Numbered from the stretch's first letter, positions 30,015 through 40,456 are shown. The stretch: DNA of 64,000 nucleotides from Atribacterota bacterium (GCA_030605615.1 JAUWHZ010000024.1:1680-65679), one strand, 5' to 3'. The notes: generated by a model from the sequence alone, not told the origin. Numbers and translations: made by a program.

Positions 30015-30482
30015 TTAATTTAACATAAAGATGGCAGCCATACGGCCAGTATTTCCCTTATCTCTTCGGTAGGAAAAGAAAAGTTCAGGATGATCTGCTG
30101 TACAAATTTCATTAACAAAAATATTCTTTTCCTCTACTCCTCCTTTAATCAATTGCAGATAATTTGCTTCCTTTAAATCAAGGCACCATTCATCCTTATT
30201 CTGTTTATAAATTACTTTACTGTTACTGCTAAGTTTATTTTTGCTTGAACAATTATTAACTTCGTCTTGATTTTTAATTTTGTAGCAACAGGAACCGATG
30301 GAAGGGAAAATGGCAGCTAAGCAGGAGTGGGGATAAGATACATTGAGGCTATCAAAGGGGGATCTGCTTACTCCGCCTGATCGAGTGGTAAAAGCATTTA
30401 CTGCTAAGTTGGTATTATCTAATTCTCTACATTTTAAATATTTTATTTGTCCAAGTTCTTTTAATTCAAAATCTTGGTTCAA
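30015..30482 (-). CDS. YfiH/PgeF (DUF152) family remnant, missing the central catalytic segment; possible pseudogene
   Basis: The N-terminal motif FTTRSGGVSRSPFDSLNVSY and C-terminal motifs IGSCCYKI and FFSYRRDKGNTGRMAAI are present. The protein is 155 aa against roughly 240 aa expected, with the HVGD/ADC/HAGWRG segments absent. Confidence 0.5.
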   Translation of the reverse strand: MNQDFELKELGQIKYLKCRELDNTNLAVNAFTTRSGGVSRSPFDSLNVSYPHSCLAAIFPSIGSCCYKIKNQDEVNNCSSKNKLSSNSKVIYKQNKDEWCLDLKEANYLQLIKGGVEEKNIFVNEICTADHPELFFSYRRDKGNTGRMAAIFMLN

Positions 30483-30610
30483 ACTATTTCTTCTTTTTGG
30501 TAATATTTTTTAATACTTATATAGTCCTACGGGCAGACACAAGGTCTGCCCCTACTACTTTTATTATTCACTAACGATTATTTAATTGGGTAATTGGTAA
30601 ATTGCTAAAA

Positions 30611-31321
30611 TCATCTATAATAACAATTAGACACATATCTTTTAGCTTTTTCAATTAATTCTTGTATCTCTTCAGCAGAATAAGGTATTATTTTTTGGAA
30701 AGAAGGCTCGAGAGTCTTTTCTAAAGGAGAGAAATTCTGTAAGACATACTTTTTTGCTCCCGAAAGATACTTAACAATTTTCATAATAGTTTCTTCTGTA
30801 TGTAGTAAAGGTACGACAGTAGTACGAAATTCATAGTCAATTTTGGAATTCATGATTAATTTAATACTATCTTTTACCCTCTCTAATAATATCTTATCCT
30901 TTATACCAGCTGCCTTGGAATAGTTATCAAAATCTAATGATGATTTGATATCCATAGCAATATAATCTACTAAACCCAAACCTAAAAGGTCTTCTAATAA
31001 TTTGGGATTAGCACCATTAGTGTCTAACTTAATTAAAAAACCTTCATCCTTGATTTCTTTAAAATATGAAGGTAAATCAGGGTATAATGTGGGCTCTCCC
31101 CCGCTCATACATATGCCATCAATAAAATCTTTTCTCTCTACGAGATAATTATTTATTTCTTGGAAAGGTATATTTTTGAAATTTTTGGGATGTAAAATCA
31201 AATCACAATTGTAACAATAGGGGCATCGAAAATTACACAAAGATACATATAAAGTAGATACAATTTTCCCCTCCCAATCGATTAAGGAGGTTTCGATCAT
31301 CTTCTTTATGGCAATATTCAA
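30611..31321 (-). CDS. nrdG: Anaerobic ribonucleoside-triphosphate reductase activating protein (radical SAM)
   Basis: CNFRCPYCYN radical-SAM motif; last gene of the nrd operon. Confidence 0.85.
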   Translation of the reverse strand: MNIAIKKMIETSLIDWEGKIVSTLYVSLCNFRCPYCYNCDLILHPKNFKNIPFQEINNYLVERKDFIDGICMSGGEPTLYPDLPSYFKEIKDEGFLIKLDTNGANPKLLEDLLGLGLVDYIAMDIKSSLDFDNYSKAAGIKDKILLERVKDSIKLIMNSKIDYEFRTTVVPLLHTEETIMKIVKYLSGAKKYVLQNFSPLEKTLEPSFQKIIPYSAEEIQELIEKAKRYVSNCYYR

Positions 31322-31572
31322 ATTACCGCTTCCTCTCTAATCTCTTTTAAATGAGGAGTCTCTCCTCTCCACACTCTAATCTCATTTTCATCATTGTCAA
31401 TAATTACAATGGAGGGAGTAGATAAAATGTTATGTAAACAAGCCTCAGTTAATCCGTCAACTGTATCTACATCGAAATATTGAACTGAAATCTCTTTTTC
31501 TAATTGTTTTCCTAAACTTCTCGCTTTCGGACAATTGGAACAATTTTTTTTCCAGAATATTTTTATCTTCAT
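31318..31572 (-). CDS. Glutaredoxin-like protein (NrdH/YruB-like, CxxC)
   Basis: 84 aa with KKNCSNCPKA and a thioredoxin fold. Sits between nrdD and nrdG. Confidence 0.7.
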   Translation of the reverse strand: MKIKIFWKKNCSNCPKARSLGKQLEKEISVQYFDVDTVDGLTEACLHNILSTPSIVIIDNDENEIRVWRGETPHLKEIREEAVI

Positions 31573-31595
31573 TCTTTTTATGCTCTTTTTTAAAT

Positions 31596-34019
31596 TTAAT
31601 TCTGTACTTTATAATTTCCAGAACGTCTATCCTTTAACTCTCCAATTTTATTTTTATTCCAATTAGTTATTTTGCTATAATATCCTACTATCCTGGTAAC
31701 TCCATATACATCTTCACTTCCACAGTTATTACAATTTTCTGTTAATCCCCTGCTTACTTTACTACATAAATTACATACCGTGAATTCAGGAGAAATAGTA
31801 AGTTGAGAGCACTGAGTGTTTTCCCAAACTTTTTTTACTAAATTATAGATACTTTCAGCAGAAGGTTGACTTTCTCCTATAAAGGCATGAATTATTGCAC
31901 CACTCTTGATTAAGGGGTGAAACTTGCTTTGTTTGATAATCCGAGTAATTAAATCCACCTGAGCAGAGGCGGCAAAATGAATACTGTTAGTGTAATAACT
32001 TTCATCTAATTCAGAATTTCCTTTTATAACTTTTTTACCATTAGGGAATTCCTGTAAATCTATTTTAGCTAATCTTCCAGCAGCGCTTTCAGCTGGAGAT
32101 TCCTCTAAAGATAATTTTAAATCATACTTCTTGCTGTATTCTCTACATTTTAAACTCATAAAGGATACAGTTTTTAATGCTAACTTATAGGCATTTTCAC
32201 TTTCATGTAACTGTTTATCAGTAATATATTGAACTGCTTCATTCAATCCTATCAACCCTATTAAGTATGTTCCCTTATCTAAATCTACATAAGGACTACC
32301 ATCCTGAGCTATCTTCCCTATTTGCCATAAAGGTCCATCTGAATTTTCCATCATCATTTTTAAGAATTTTTTCTTTTGTAAATGGGCTTGAATAGCTAAC
32401 TTTAAAGCTTGGTTAACTTTTTTAAAAAATAAATCAATGCCCTTTATTTTACCATTATCTTTAAAAGAAGCATCAGAACTCCCTGCATTAGTAAAAGCCC
32501 TGTAAGCACATTGAGGCAGATTGATGGTAACATTTTGTATTCCTGCGAATCTTAATTTTTCTGGATGATATATCATTTCTTTATCAGTTATTCTTGTTTT
32601 TAAACGGCAACAGGCCGCTAAACTTATATCATCTCTATCAAAAATAAAATAGGGTGACCCATTTTCCGAAGCTATCTGGCAGGCATATTTTAATAATTTT
32701 TCCTGTTCGGGATCCTGAAAAGATTTATTATCAATATGTAAATCCATTTTGGGGAAAGCAAATACTTTTCCATTGCAATCGCCCTCTCTCCAGACTTCCA
32801 TCAAAGCCCTTAAAAATAATTGGGACTCTTTCTCGTATTCTCCATAATTTTTTCCGGTATATTCTCCACCTGGTCCAATTGCAGGCACATTTTTAAGGTA
32901 ATCTGGGATACTAAGATGAACATTAAAATCAAGAAAAAGACTTTGCCCTCCCCTTGAAAAGGCGTTTTGCGAACCGCTAAAAATTAAATATTGGGCTTCT
33001 TGTTTTATCTCTTTGAAAGATGAATTTACTAAAAAGGGGGCATACATAATATTTAAATATCCGATACCCAGTGCACCAGCATAATATGCTTGCATTGAAG
33101 CTAAAAAGGTATTTAAATGTCCGGTTAAAGTTCTGGTATGTCTTGCTGGGGATGAAGAGGTATCTAAATTATCTAATTCAAGACCATATTTTTTTAAATA
33201 TTCGAGAGAGTGACCGGAACAATAAATTCGGGGGTAACCTAAATCATGAATATGAATCCAACCTTTTAAATGAGCGTTAGCTACTTCCCGAGAAAATACC
33301 TCCTGCAACATATATTGTTTAATAGTATTTTCAGCGATAGTTAAATTAATCGCTTCCGGATTATTAGTTCCTATATTACTATTCTCTTTACTTTTGGATA
33401 AAAAAAGCTGTTTTAAGTCATAGGTGGGGATTCCAATGATTTTCTGTTTTCTCCATTTCTGTTCATATCCTCTGGTAAACAGTTCATTGTCCACTAATTC
33501 TCTAATCAAAGAGGTAGATATCTCTTTTAAATCTAAATCAAATATTTTTTCTTCCACTGCCTTGGCAATACTCATAGAAATGTCTAAAGGCAATTCTGCT
33601 TCCTTAACCAGAGCTTGAATAATTTTTTGTCTATCCCAGGGGAAAATACTCTCATAAGTTGTGGTAGAAACTAATAACGATAGATCAGTTACACTCTTAT
33701 GATTGTTTATTTCTTTTCTAACTTTTAATCTTTCTCTAATTTTGCTTCTCTTATTTCGATACAAAATATAGGTCTTTGCCACTTTTGTCATGCCTTTTCT
33801 TATCAATGACTCCTCTACTATATCTTGGACTTCTTCTACCTGGGGAATTTTATTTTTAAATATTTCTTCTAATTTGATGATTACCCGGTCAGTAATCTCT
33901 TCTGCGGTGGTCTGACTTTCTTCTCCAGCTGCCTGCATAGCAGCAAATATTGCTTCAACTATTTTCTTTCTGTTGAATTTTACTAAATGACCTTCTCTTT
34001 TTCTAATCGACTCTATCAT
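31596..34019 (-). CDS. nrdD: Anaerobic ribonucleoside-triphosphate reductase (class III) with N-terminal ATP-cone
   Basis: 807 aa with a C-terminal Zn ribbon (CNLCS..CNNCGS) and a glycyl-radical motif (TRIVGYYS). Confidence 0.9.
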   Translation of the reverse strand: MIESIRKREGHLVKFNRKKIVEAIFAAMQAAGEESQTTAEEITDRVIIKLEEIFKNKIPQVEEVQDIVEESLIRKGMTKVAKTYILYRNKRSKIRERLKVRKEINNHKSVTDLSLLVSTTTYESIFPWDRQKIIQALVKEAELPLDISMSIAKAVEEKIFDLDLKEISTSLIRELVDNELFTRGYEQKWRKQKIIGIPTYDLKQLFLSKSKENSNIGTNNPEAINLTIAENTIKQYMLQEVFSREVANAHLKGWIHIHDLGYPRIYCSGHSLEYLKKYGLELDNLDTSSSPARHTRTLTGHLNTFLASMQAYYAGALGIGYLNIMYAPFLVNSSFKEIKQEAQYLIFSGSQNAFSRGGQSLFLDFNVHLSIPDYLKNVPAIGPGGEYTGKNYGEYEKESQLFLRALMEVWREGDCNGKVFAFPKMDLHIDNKSFQDPEQEKLLKYACQIASENGSPYFIFDRDDISLAACCRLKTRITDKEMIYHPEKLRFAGIQNVTINLPQCAYRAFTNAGSSDASFKDNGKIKGIDLFFKKVNQALKLAIQAHLQKKKFLKMMMENSDGPLWQIGKIAQDGSPYVDLDKGTYLIGLIGLNEAVQYITDKQLHESENAYKLALKTVSFMSLKCREYSKKYDLKLSLEESPAESAAGRLAKIDLQEFPNGKKVIKGNSELDESYYTNSIHFAASAQVDLITRIIKQSKFHPLIKSGAIIHAFIGESQPSAESIYNLVKKVWENTQCSQLTISPEFTVCNLCSKVSRGLTENCNNCGSEDVYGVTRIVGYYSKITNWNKNKIGELKDRRSGNYKVQN

Positions 34020-34075
34020 TTTAAATCCCCCAATAGAATATATAGTGATAAAATTAATACAACTAAATTATTATT

Positions 34076-34525
34076 TTATCGATTAAGTTTCTTTATCTCT
34101 TTTACAAAACTACTCACATCTCTAAATTGTCTATATACAGAAGCAAATCTCACGTAAGCTACCTCATCTAAGATACGTAATTTGGAGATAATCAATTCAC
34201 CAATTGCGCTGCTCTTTACTTCATTTTCTCCTTCGGTTTTTATCGTTTCTTCTATATCACTTACTAATTTATTTATAGCTTCTATGCTAATCGGTCTCTT
34301 TTCGCAGGCTTTAATAATACCATTGGTTATCTTTTCTCGGGAAAAAGGCTCCCTGCGACCATCTTTCTTTATTACCATCAAAGGAATTAAATCTATTCTC
34401 TCGTAAGTAGTAAATCTTTTATTGCATTTTTTACAAATTCTTCTTCTTCTAATTACTAATTCATTCTCTATATGTCTGGATTCAATTACCCCGGTATCAT
34501 AATAACTACAAAAAGGACATTTCAT
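34076..34525 (-). CDS. nrdR: Transcriptional repressor NrdR
   Basis: MKCPFCSYYDTGVIESR..CKKCNKRFTTYE Zn ribbon plus an ATP-cone. Confidence 0.9.
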   Translation of the reverse strand: MKCPFCSYYDTGVIESRHIENELVIRRRRICKKCNKRFTTYERIDLIPLMVIKKDGRREPFSREKITNGIIKACEKRPISIEAINKLVSDIEETIKTEGENEVKSSAIGELIISKLRILDEVAYVRFASVYRQFRDVSSFVKEIKKLNR

Positions 34526-34553
34526 TTTATACCCCTATATGTAGGATTATATT

Positions 34554-34582
34554 TATAATAATACACTAAATATGGGAAGTCA
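34554..34582 (-). promoter_or_regulatory. Putative sigma-A promoter of the nrdR-nrdD operon (-35 TTGACT, 17-nt spacer, -10 TATTAT)
   Basis: Minus-strand read: TTGACTtcccatatttagtgtatTATTAT, about 25 nt upstream of the nrdR ATG. Flanked and overlapped by two NrdR-box-like AT palindromes (34590-34605 and 34560-34575). Confidence 0.45.
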
Positions 34583-34613
34583 AGGGGAAATCGCTATATA
34601 TTTTGTAGATTTA

Positions 34614-34650
34614 TAAAAAAATAAAAAACCCGCAATTTTTAGTTACGGGC
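34614..34650 (-). terminator. Intrinsic terminator downstream of ftsZ
   Basis: Minus-strand RNA reads AGCCCGUAACUAAAAAUUGCGGGUUUUUUAUUUUUUU, a 7-bp stem followed by a U-tract. Confidence 0.7.
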
Positions 34651-34697
34651 TTATCTAACATATATTCTTAACTATTAATTTTAGGTAGAATCCTATT

Positions 34698-35756
34698 TTA
34701 TTTTTTCTCTCTTAAAAAAGTGGGAATTTCTAAATCATTATAACTTATTTTTTCTTCACTTAGATCAATTTCCTCTAATTTATGAACTTCTCTTTTCTTC
34801 TCTAAAGTTTCAAATCCGGCAGCAATTACTGTAATCTTAACTTCATCATTCAATTCTTTATTAATTACTGCTCCAAAAATAATATTTGCTTCAGGATTAG
34901 CAGCCTTAGAAATTATTTCAGCAGCTTTATTAACTTCATATAAAGCTAAATTTGAGCTTCCACTAATGTTAAATAATATCCCTTTGGCTCCTTCGATACT
35001 TGTCTCTAAAATTGGGCTATTTATAGCTCTTTGTGCTGCCTTTACAGCTCGATTTTCACCACTGGCTTTTCCCATTCCCATTATAGCTGTCCCGGCATTT
35101 TCTATAATCATTTTTACATCAGCAAAGTCTACATTTATTAGACCGGGCTCAATTACAATATCTGTAATTCCATGAATTCCATGTAATAGAACTTCATCTG
35201 CAATTTTAAAAGCCTCCAATATAGAAGTATTTTCATCAACTACTTGAAGTAACCTATCATTGGGAATTACAATTAAAGTATCAACACATTCTTTTAATAA
35301 TTTAATCCCTTCTTCAGCTTGTCTCATTCTTCTGTGACCTTCAAAAGAAAAAGGTTTAGTCACTACTCCAACTGTTAATGCACCTAAATCTTTAGATAAT
35401 TGGGCGATAATTGGGGCTCCACCAGTTCCAGTTCCACCTCCCATGCCTGCTGTGATAAATACCATTTCTGCGCCTTCTAAAGCTTTTGATATTTTATCTT
35501 TATCTTCTTCTGCAGCTTGACGACCAATTTCCGGGTTTGATCCGCTACCTAATCCCTTAGTTATATTACTACCAATTTGTATTTTCTGTTCTGCATTAGA
35601 AAAGGCCAATACCTGGGCATCAGTATTGGTGGAAATATATTTAACCCCCTGTAATTTTGCTTCAATCATTCTATTAACCGCATTTCCGCCGCCGCCGCCC
35701 ACACCAATAACTTTTATCTCTACAAACTGTCCTACTTTATTGTCAAGGCTAAACAA
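34698..35756 (-). CDS. ftsZ: Cell division GTPase FtsZ
   Basis: Tubulin signature GGGTGTG in ..FITAGMGGGTGTGGAPIIA.. Confidence 0.95.
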   Translation of the reverse strand: MFSLDNKVGQFVEIKVIGVGGGGGNAVNRMIEAKLQGVKYISTNTDAQVLAFSNAEQKIQIGSNITKGLGSGSNPEIGRQAAEEDKDKISKALEGAEMVFITAGMGGGTGTGGAPIIAQLSKDLGALTVGVVTKPFSFEGHRRMRQAEEGIKLLKECVDTLIVIPNDRLLQVVDENTSILEAFKIADEVLLHGIHGITDIVIEPGLINVDFADVKMIIENAGTAIMGMGKASGENRAVKAAQRAINSPILETSIEGAKGILFNISGSSNLALYEVNKAAEIISKAANPEANIIFGAVINKELNDEVKITVIAAGFETLEKKREVHKLEEIDLSEEKISYNDLEIPTFLREKK

Positions 35757-35814
35757 CTTATAACCTCCTCACAAAATAATAAAATGATAATTTATTTAAA
35801 AATGGCAAAACCAA

Positions 35815-37092
35815 TTAAAAAAAATCTTTTAACCAGCTAATTATTCTTCCAAAAAAATTCCTTAATCCTGTTTTTCTTTTAGATATTTTATAAGATCTTC
35901 CGATAGAATATTTTTCAGTAGCATAACTCAACAATCCAATTGCTGCAGAATAGGAAGGGTCATTCACCATATCGGCTAATTCTCCCTCATAATGGGGTCC
36001 CCCTAATCGAGAGGGTAAATTTAGAACCTGTTCAGCAATTTCTGAAATACCTGGCAATAAAGAACTCCCTCCGGTAATAACTACTCCTCCGGGAATCATA
36101 TCATAATAACCAGACTTCTTAAGCTCAACTCGTACTAAGCTAAATATCTCACTAACCCGAGGTTCAATAATCTCTACCAGGTATTTCTTGGAAACAGTGT
36201 GTTTATCCTTTCCATTAATACTGGAAATTTCTACTACTCTTTCGGGAGAAACAATATTTTCAACCGTACTTCCATAATTAATTTTTATCTTCTCAGCTTC
36301 ATCTATTGAAGTTCTTAACCCAATAGCTAAATCATTAGTAATTTGATTGCCTCCTACCGGTAGAACCGCAGAGTAAGCCAATCCTCCTTCTATAAAAATT
36401 GCTATTTCAGTCGTTCCGGCACCAATATCAACTAACATAGAACCCAGCTCTTTTTCAGCATTACTTAAAATTGCATTGCTGGAAGCTAAAGTCCCAAATA
36501 TAATTTCTTCAATGTCTATCCCTGCTCCTTCTATACACCTGATTAGGTTTTGTACAATGGTAATTGAGCCAGTTATAATATGGACCTTGCACTCTAATCT
36601 TGTGCCAGACATTCCCAGGGGGTCTACTATTCCACTTTGTCCATCTACTATAAATTCACGACTTAGTGTGTGAATTAATTCTTTCTCGGGGGAAACTATC
36701 CCCGCTTTAGCTGCTTCTATAACCTTTTCGATATCCCTTTCTGTAATTTCTGGAGATTCTCCAGAAATTGCGATAACCCCCTTGCTGTTTGTTGATGCTA
36801 TATGACTTCCTGTAATAGAAATAAGAGCAGAATTAATGCGGGCTCCTGCCATACGTTCAGAATTTTCAATAGACTGTTTTACTGATTGAATAGCTTGATC
36901 TAAGTCTATAATTACTCCCTTTTTCACTCCTAAGGAGGGGGCTGTACCTATTCCAATTATTTCTATTTGATCATCTTCGCCTAATTCGCCTATAACTGTA
37001 CAAACTTTTACTGTGCCAACATCTAAACCGACAATTATTTCATCTTTTCCCATATTTATAACCTCCTTCATACTTTTAATATCATACACCAC
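35815..37092 (-). CDS. ftsA: Cell division protein FtsA
   Basis: Actin-fold ATPase (..IIVGLDVGTVKV..). The true start is possibly the internal Met at 37053 (MGKDEIIVGLDVGT). Confidence 0.9.
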   Translation of the reverse strand: MVYDIKSMKEVINMGKDEIIVGLDVGTVKVCTVIGELGEDDQIEIIGIGTAPSLGVKKGVIIDLDQAIQSVKQSIENSERMAGARINSALISITGSHIASTNSKGVIAISGESPEITERDIEKVIEAAKAGIVSPEKELIHTLSREFIVDGQSGIVDPLGMSGTRLECKVHIITGSITIVQNLIRCIEGAGIDIEEIIFGTLASSNAILSNAEKELGSMLVDIGAGTTEIAIFIEGGLAYSAVLPVGGNQITNDLAIGLRTSIDEAEKIKINYGSTVENIVSPERVVEISSINGKDKHTVSKKYLVEIIEPRVSEIFSLVRVELKKSGYYDMIPGGVVITGGSSLLPGISEIAEQVLNLPSRLGGPHYEGELADMVNDPSYSAAIGLLSYATEKYSIGRSYKISKRKTGLRNFFGRIISWLKDFF

Positions 37093-37137
37093 TAATTAAT
37101 TAAAGTAAATAAAGTAATTATTTTTGTCTGATAAATA

Positions 37138-37935
37138 CTAATTCTTGACTTTTATTATTACACTATCTTTAAAACGCATATCTATATATTCTACTGCTAA
37201 TTTCTCTTTATCAATTTTTCCCAAAGCTTCTCTTAGTAAATTTCCCTTATTAATAATCTCCTCTGGTTTGTTTACTCTAACCTTTAAGGTATCATCTATA
37301 TTAAAAAGTAAAAAATCATCTAAAGCAAATATTTTAACTTTATAAAATTCCCTGGGTAATATTATATTTGCAGAATTAATAATTTCTAATGCTATTCTAA
37401 ATTCAGGTTCCTTTATAGTCTCACCAATTTTTACTTCAGAAACTTTTAATCCTGATATAAGAGGTATACTCAATCCTTCTGGTTTATCAATCTTAGATAA
37501 TACCATCCCTTCTTTGCTTAAAATAAAATATTCTTCGTTAATATATACAATTGCTGCTGCTTCTCTTTCTTTTAAGGAAATTATAATTTTGTTAGGTATT
37601 ATTCGTTTTATTTCTAATTCTTTTATCCAGGGCTCTTGTGTTAAAGAGTCTATAGGTTTTTTTAAATCTAACTTAAAGATATTTTCTCCTAATTTTATTT
37701 GAGATTTGGAAAATATTTCATCTTTGTTCAGATAATCATTTCCTTTAATAACAACTTCTTCAATATTGCAATATCTTGAATTAAACATAAAATTAAAAAA
37801 ATTCCAACTTAGAAAACCTATAATCAAATAAAAAATTAATATTTTGGTTATTTTTACTCCAAAATGTTGACTCTTCTCGCCTTCTTCCTCCTCCTCTAAT
37901 TCCATCCCTTCTTCATTTTCGTCAGTTATTTTCAT
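37138..37935 (-). CDS. ftsQ: Cell division protein FtsQ/DivIB (acidic N-terminal tail, TM, POTRA)
   Basis: 265 aa with a single TM segment followed by a POTRA-like region. Position between murB and ftsA. Confidence 0.8.
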   Translation of the reverse strand: MKITDENEEGMELEEEEEGEKSQHFGVKITKILIFYLIIGFLSWNFFNFMFNSRYCNIEEVVIKGNDYLNKDEIFSKSQIKLGENIFKLDLKKPIDSLTQEPWIKELEIKRIIPNKIIISLKEREAAAIVYINEEYFILSKEGMVLSKIDKPEGLSIPLISGLKVSEVKIGETIKEPEFRIALEIINSANIILPREFYKVKIFALDDFLLFNIDDTLKVRVNKPEEIINKGNLLREALGKIDKEKLAVEYIDMRFKDSVIIKVKN

Positions 37936-38029
37936 CTACCCGGTCTCCGTTTTAAACTATATACGATATACAAAATACGATATACGAAATTATTCTGGCT
38001 TCTGCTTTCTTCACGAGATACGATTTTAT

Positions 38030-38944
38030 TTATGGTTCGCCCAGGATTTGTATTTCACGAACTAATTTTATTCCAAAAATATTCTTTACTCTTTTCTCTA
38101 TTTCTTCAATTAAATATAAGACATCTCTTGCTGTGGCATTTCCATTATTTATTATAAAATTAGCATGCTTGTTCGATACAGCAGCTTTCCCTTGAGAAAG
38201 TCCCTTTGCTCCTACCTTTTCTATTAATTCTCCAGCATAATAACTTGGAGGATTTTTAAATATACTACCTGCGCTTAATTTATCTACGGGTTGTTTAACC
38301 TCTCTTATTTTAATATATTCTTTTATTATTGATTCTATTTTTTCTTTATTCCCCTCTTTTAATTGCAGGGTTACTTCTAAAATTATAACCGATTTATCTT
38401 TCAAATTACATTCCCGGTATTTAAAATTCAAACCAGGCGGAGGTACGCTTTCTATCTTTTTTTCTTTAGTTAAAAAAGTCACGCTTTGTACTATATCCGC
38501 CATACAATTTCCGTTAAAACCGGCGTTGTTAATTATTGCTCCCCCTAAAGTTCCCGGGATATTACAGGCAAATTCTAATCCACTCAATCCTCTATTTAAA
38601 GTAATTCTTCCTAAATATAACAAAGACGTTCCCGCACCTACTTTTACAATTTTATCAATAAAATTCATTTTTTTGAAACCTTTGCCAAGCTTAATTACTA
38701 TCCCTCTTACCCCTTTATCCAAGACTAATAAATTTGTTCCATTCCCAATAACCCAAAAAGGAATATTAAATTTTTGAGAAATAGATATTATCTTCATTAA
38801 CTCTTCAATATCATTAGGGATACAAAAAATATCCGCAGGCCCACCAATTTTTAATGAAGTGTGATTCATTAATGGTTCCTTAAATTTAACTACTTTTTCA
38901 ATTCCCTTTTTTATAAATTCATTATTTATAACATATGTATTCAT
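38030..38944 (-). CDS. murB: UDP-N-acetylenolpyruvoylglucosamine reductase
   Basis: FAD-binding PCMH domain and MurB C-terminus (..GSIFKNP..). Confidence 0.9.
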   Translation of the reverse strand: MNTYVINNEFIKKGIEKVVKFKEPLMNHTSLKIGGPADIFCIPNDIEELMKIISISQKFNIPFWVIGNGTNLLVLDKGVRGIVIKLGKGFKKMNFIDKIVKVGAGTSLLYLGRITLNRGLSGLEFACNIPGTLGGAIINNAGFNGNCMADIVQSVTFLTKEKKIESVPPPGLNFKYRECNLKDKSVIILEVTLQLKEGNKEKIESIIKEYIKIREVKQPVDKLSAGSIFKNPPSYYAGELIEKVGAKGLSQGKAAVSNKHANFIINNGNATARDVLYLIEEIEKRVKNIFGIKLVREIQILGEP

Positions 38945-38954
38945 TCTTAATAAA

Positions 38955-40343
38955 CTAAAATACCTTTGTTTTCTTTAATTTTTTAGCTAATTTCTGACTA
39001 ATAGTCCAGACATCTCCTGCTCCCATAGTTATTATTATATCTCCAGGTTGAATATTTTCATACAAATAATCTATGGTATTATTTTTGGAAGGTATATATT
39101 TTAAATGGCTATGGTTAGCTTTTTTAATTTCATTAAATATCGTTCTACCGCTAATTCCCAATATTGGTGGCTCATTAGCAGCATATACATCATTGATAAT
39201 CACTCTATCAGCATCAAAAAACACTTTACCGAACTTTTCTGCCAAAAGTTTAGTCCTTGTATATCTATGAGGTTGAAAGACTACTATTATTCTTCTATTT
39301 TTCCAACTATGTTTTATAGCGTTTAAAGTAACCTTGATCTCGGTGGGATGATGGGCATAATCATCCATAATTAATATTTCATCATCAATATTAATTACAA
39401 CTTCCATTCTTCTTTGAACTCCTTGATAGGCCTCTAATATCTTGGTGATTTCAATAAAGTTCATTCCCAATTCCTTGGCAACAGCAATTGCTGCTAAGGA
39501 ATTTAAAATATTGTGGTGTCCAGCAACATTTAAATAGAGCTCTCCCATTTTTTTATTTCGCCAATATATCTGTGATTTAGAATTTAATTTATTTAATTCT
39601 ATTTCTTTAGCCATAATATCTGCATCTAAAGATATTCCATAAGTAATGTATTTTTTTCTATAACCTTTTATTAATCTCCTTATGTTTTCACAATCTTTAC
39701 ACAAGATTACACTTCCGTTATCAGGAATTTTATTAATAAATTTTTTAAAATCTTTTAAAACATTTTCTAAATTTTTATAATGATCCAGATGGTCATCTTC
39801 AATATTAGTAACTACTACTAACGAGGGATTTAATTTTAAAAATGAACCATCACTCTCATCAGCTTCTGCAACTACACATCTTCCAAATCCTAATTTTGCA
39901 TTGCCTTGAATATCGTTTACTTCTCCTCCTATTATCACTGTAGGATCAAAGCCACTTTTTTCTAATAATAGGCTTATCATTGAAGTAGTGGTTGTTTTGC
40001 CATGTGTGCCTGCAACGGCTATACCATATTTATGTTCCATAATTTTAGCCAACATTTCAGCTCTCTTGATTATTTTAATATTTTCCTTTATAGCACCTTC
40101 TATTTCTGGATTAGATTCAGGAATTGCTGATGAAACTACTACTAAATTAACCCCTTTTATATTATCTCTACTATGACCTTTAAAAATCGTTGCTCCTTTG
40201 TCTGTTAATCTCTTGGTTATCTTCGAAGGCGTAATATCAGAACCACTAATTCTATAACCTAAATCAAGAAGGATCGAAGCCAATCCGCTCATCCCAGATC
40301 CGCCTATACCTATAAGATGTATATGTAGTTTCTTTTTATTCAT
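38955..40343 (-). CDS. murC: UDP-N-acetylmuramate--L-alanine ligase
   Basis: N-terminus HLIGIGGSGMSGLASIL and Mur ligase P-loop GTHGKTTTTSMI. Confidence 0.9.
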   Translation of the reverse strand: MNKKKLHIHLIGIGGSGMSGLASILLDLGYRISGSDITPSKITKRLTDKGATIFKGHSRDNIKGVNLVVVSSAIPESNPEIEGAIKENIKIIKRAEMLAKIMEHKYGIAVAGTHGKTTTTSMISLLLEKSGFDPTVIIGGEVNDIQGNAKLGFGRCVVAEADESDGSFLKLNPSLVVVTNIEDDHLDHYKNLENVLKDFKKFINKIPDNGSVILCKDCENIRRLIKGYRKKYITYGISLDADIMAKEIELNKLNSKSQIYWRNKKMGELYLNVAGHHNILNSLAAIAVAKELGMNFIEITKILEAYQGVQRRMEVVINIDDEILIMDDYAHHPTEIKVTLNAIKHSWKNRRIIVVFQPHRYTRTKLLAEKFGKVFFDADRVIINDVYAANEPPILGISGRTIFNEIKKANHSHLKYIPSKNNTIDYLYENIQPGDIIITMGAGDVWTISQKLAKKLKKTKVF

Positions 40344-40364
40344 TAACTATAACTCCACCTTTAT

Positions 40365-40456
40365 TCGTATGTCGTATATCGTATTTCGTATATCGTAAAA
40401 GTAAGGCGAAAAGCAACTTTTAAAAACGATATATGATATACGCAAACTATATACTG
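40365..40456. repeat. CGTAT-word inverted-repeat spacer (CGTATGTCGTATATCGTATTTCGTATATCG ... CGATATATGATATACG) between murG and murC
   Basis: Direct reading. The arms are imperfect reverse complements. Same word family as at 8654, 21244, 37961, 43013 and 46957/47165. Confidence 0.7.

Noticed and set aside
30525-30556. GGGCAGAC..GTCTGCCC hairpin downstream of nrdG as an intrinsic terminator
   Set aside because: No U-tract follows on the minus (coding) strand; a U-rich tail exists only on the plus strand, where no gene ends. Recorded only as another CTAC-flanked hairpin, not as a terminator.
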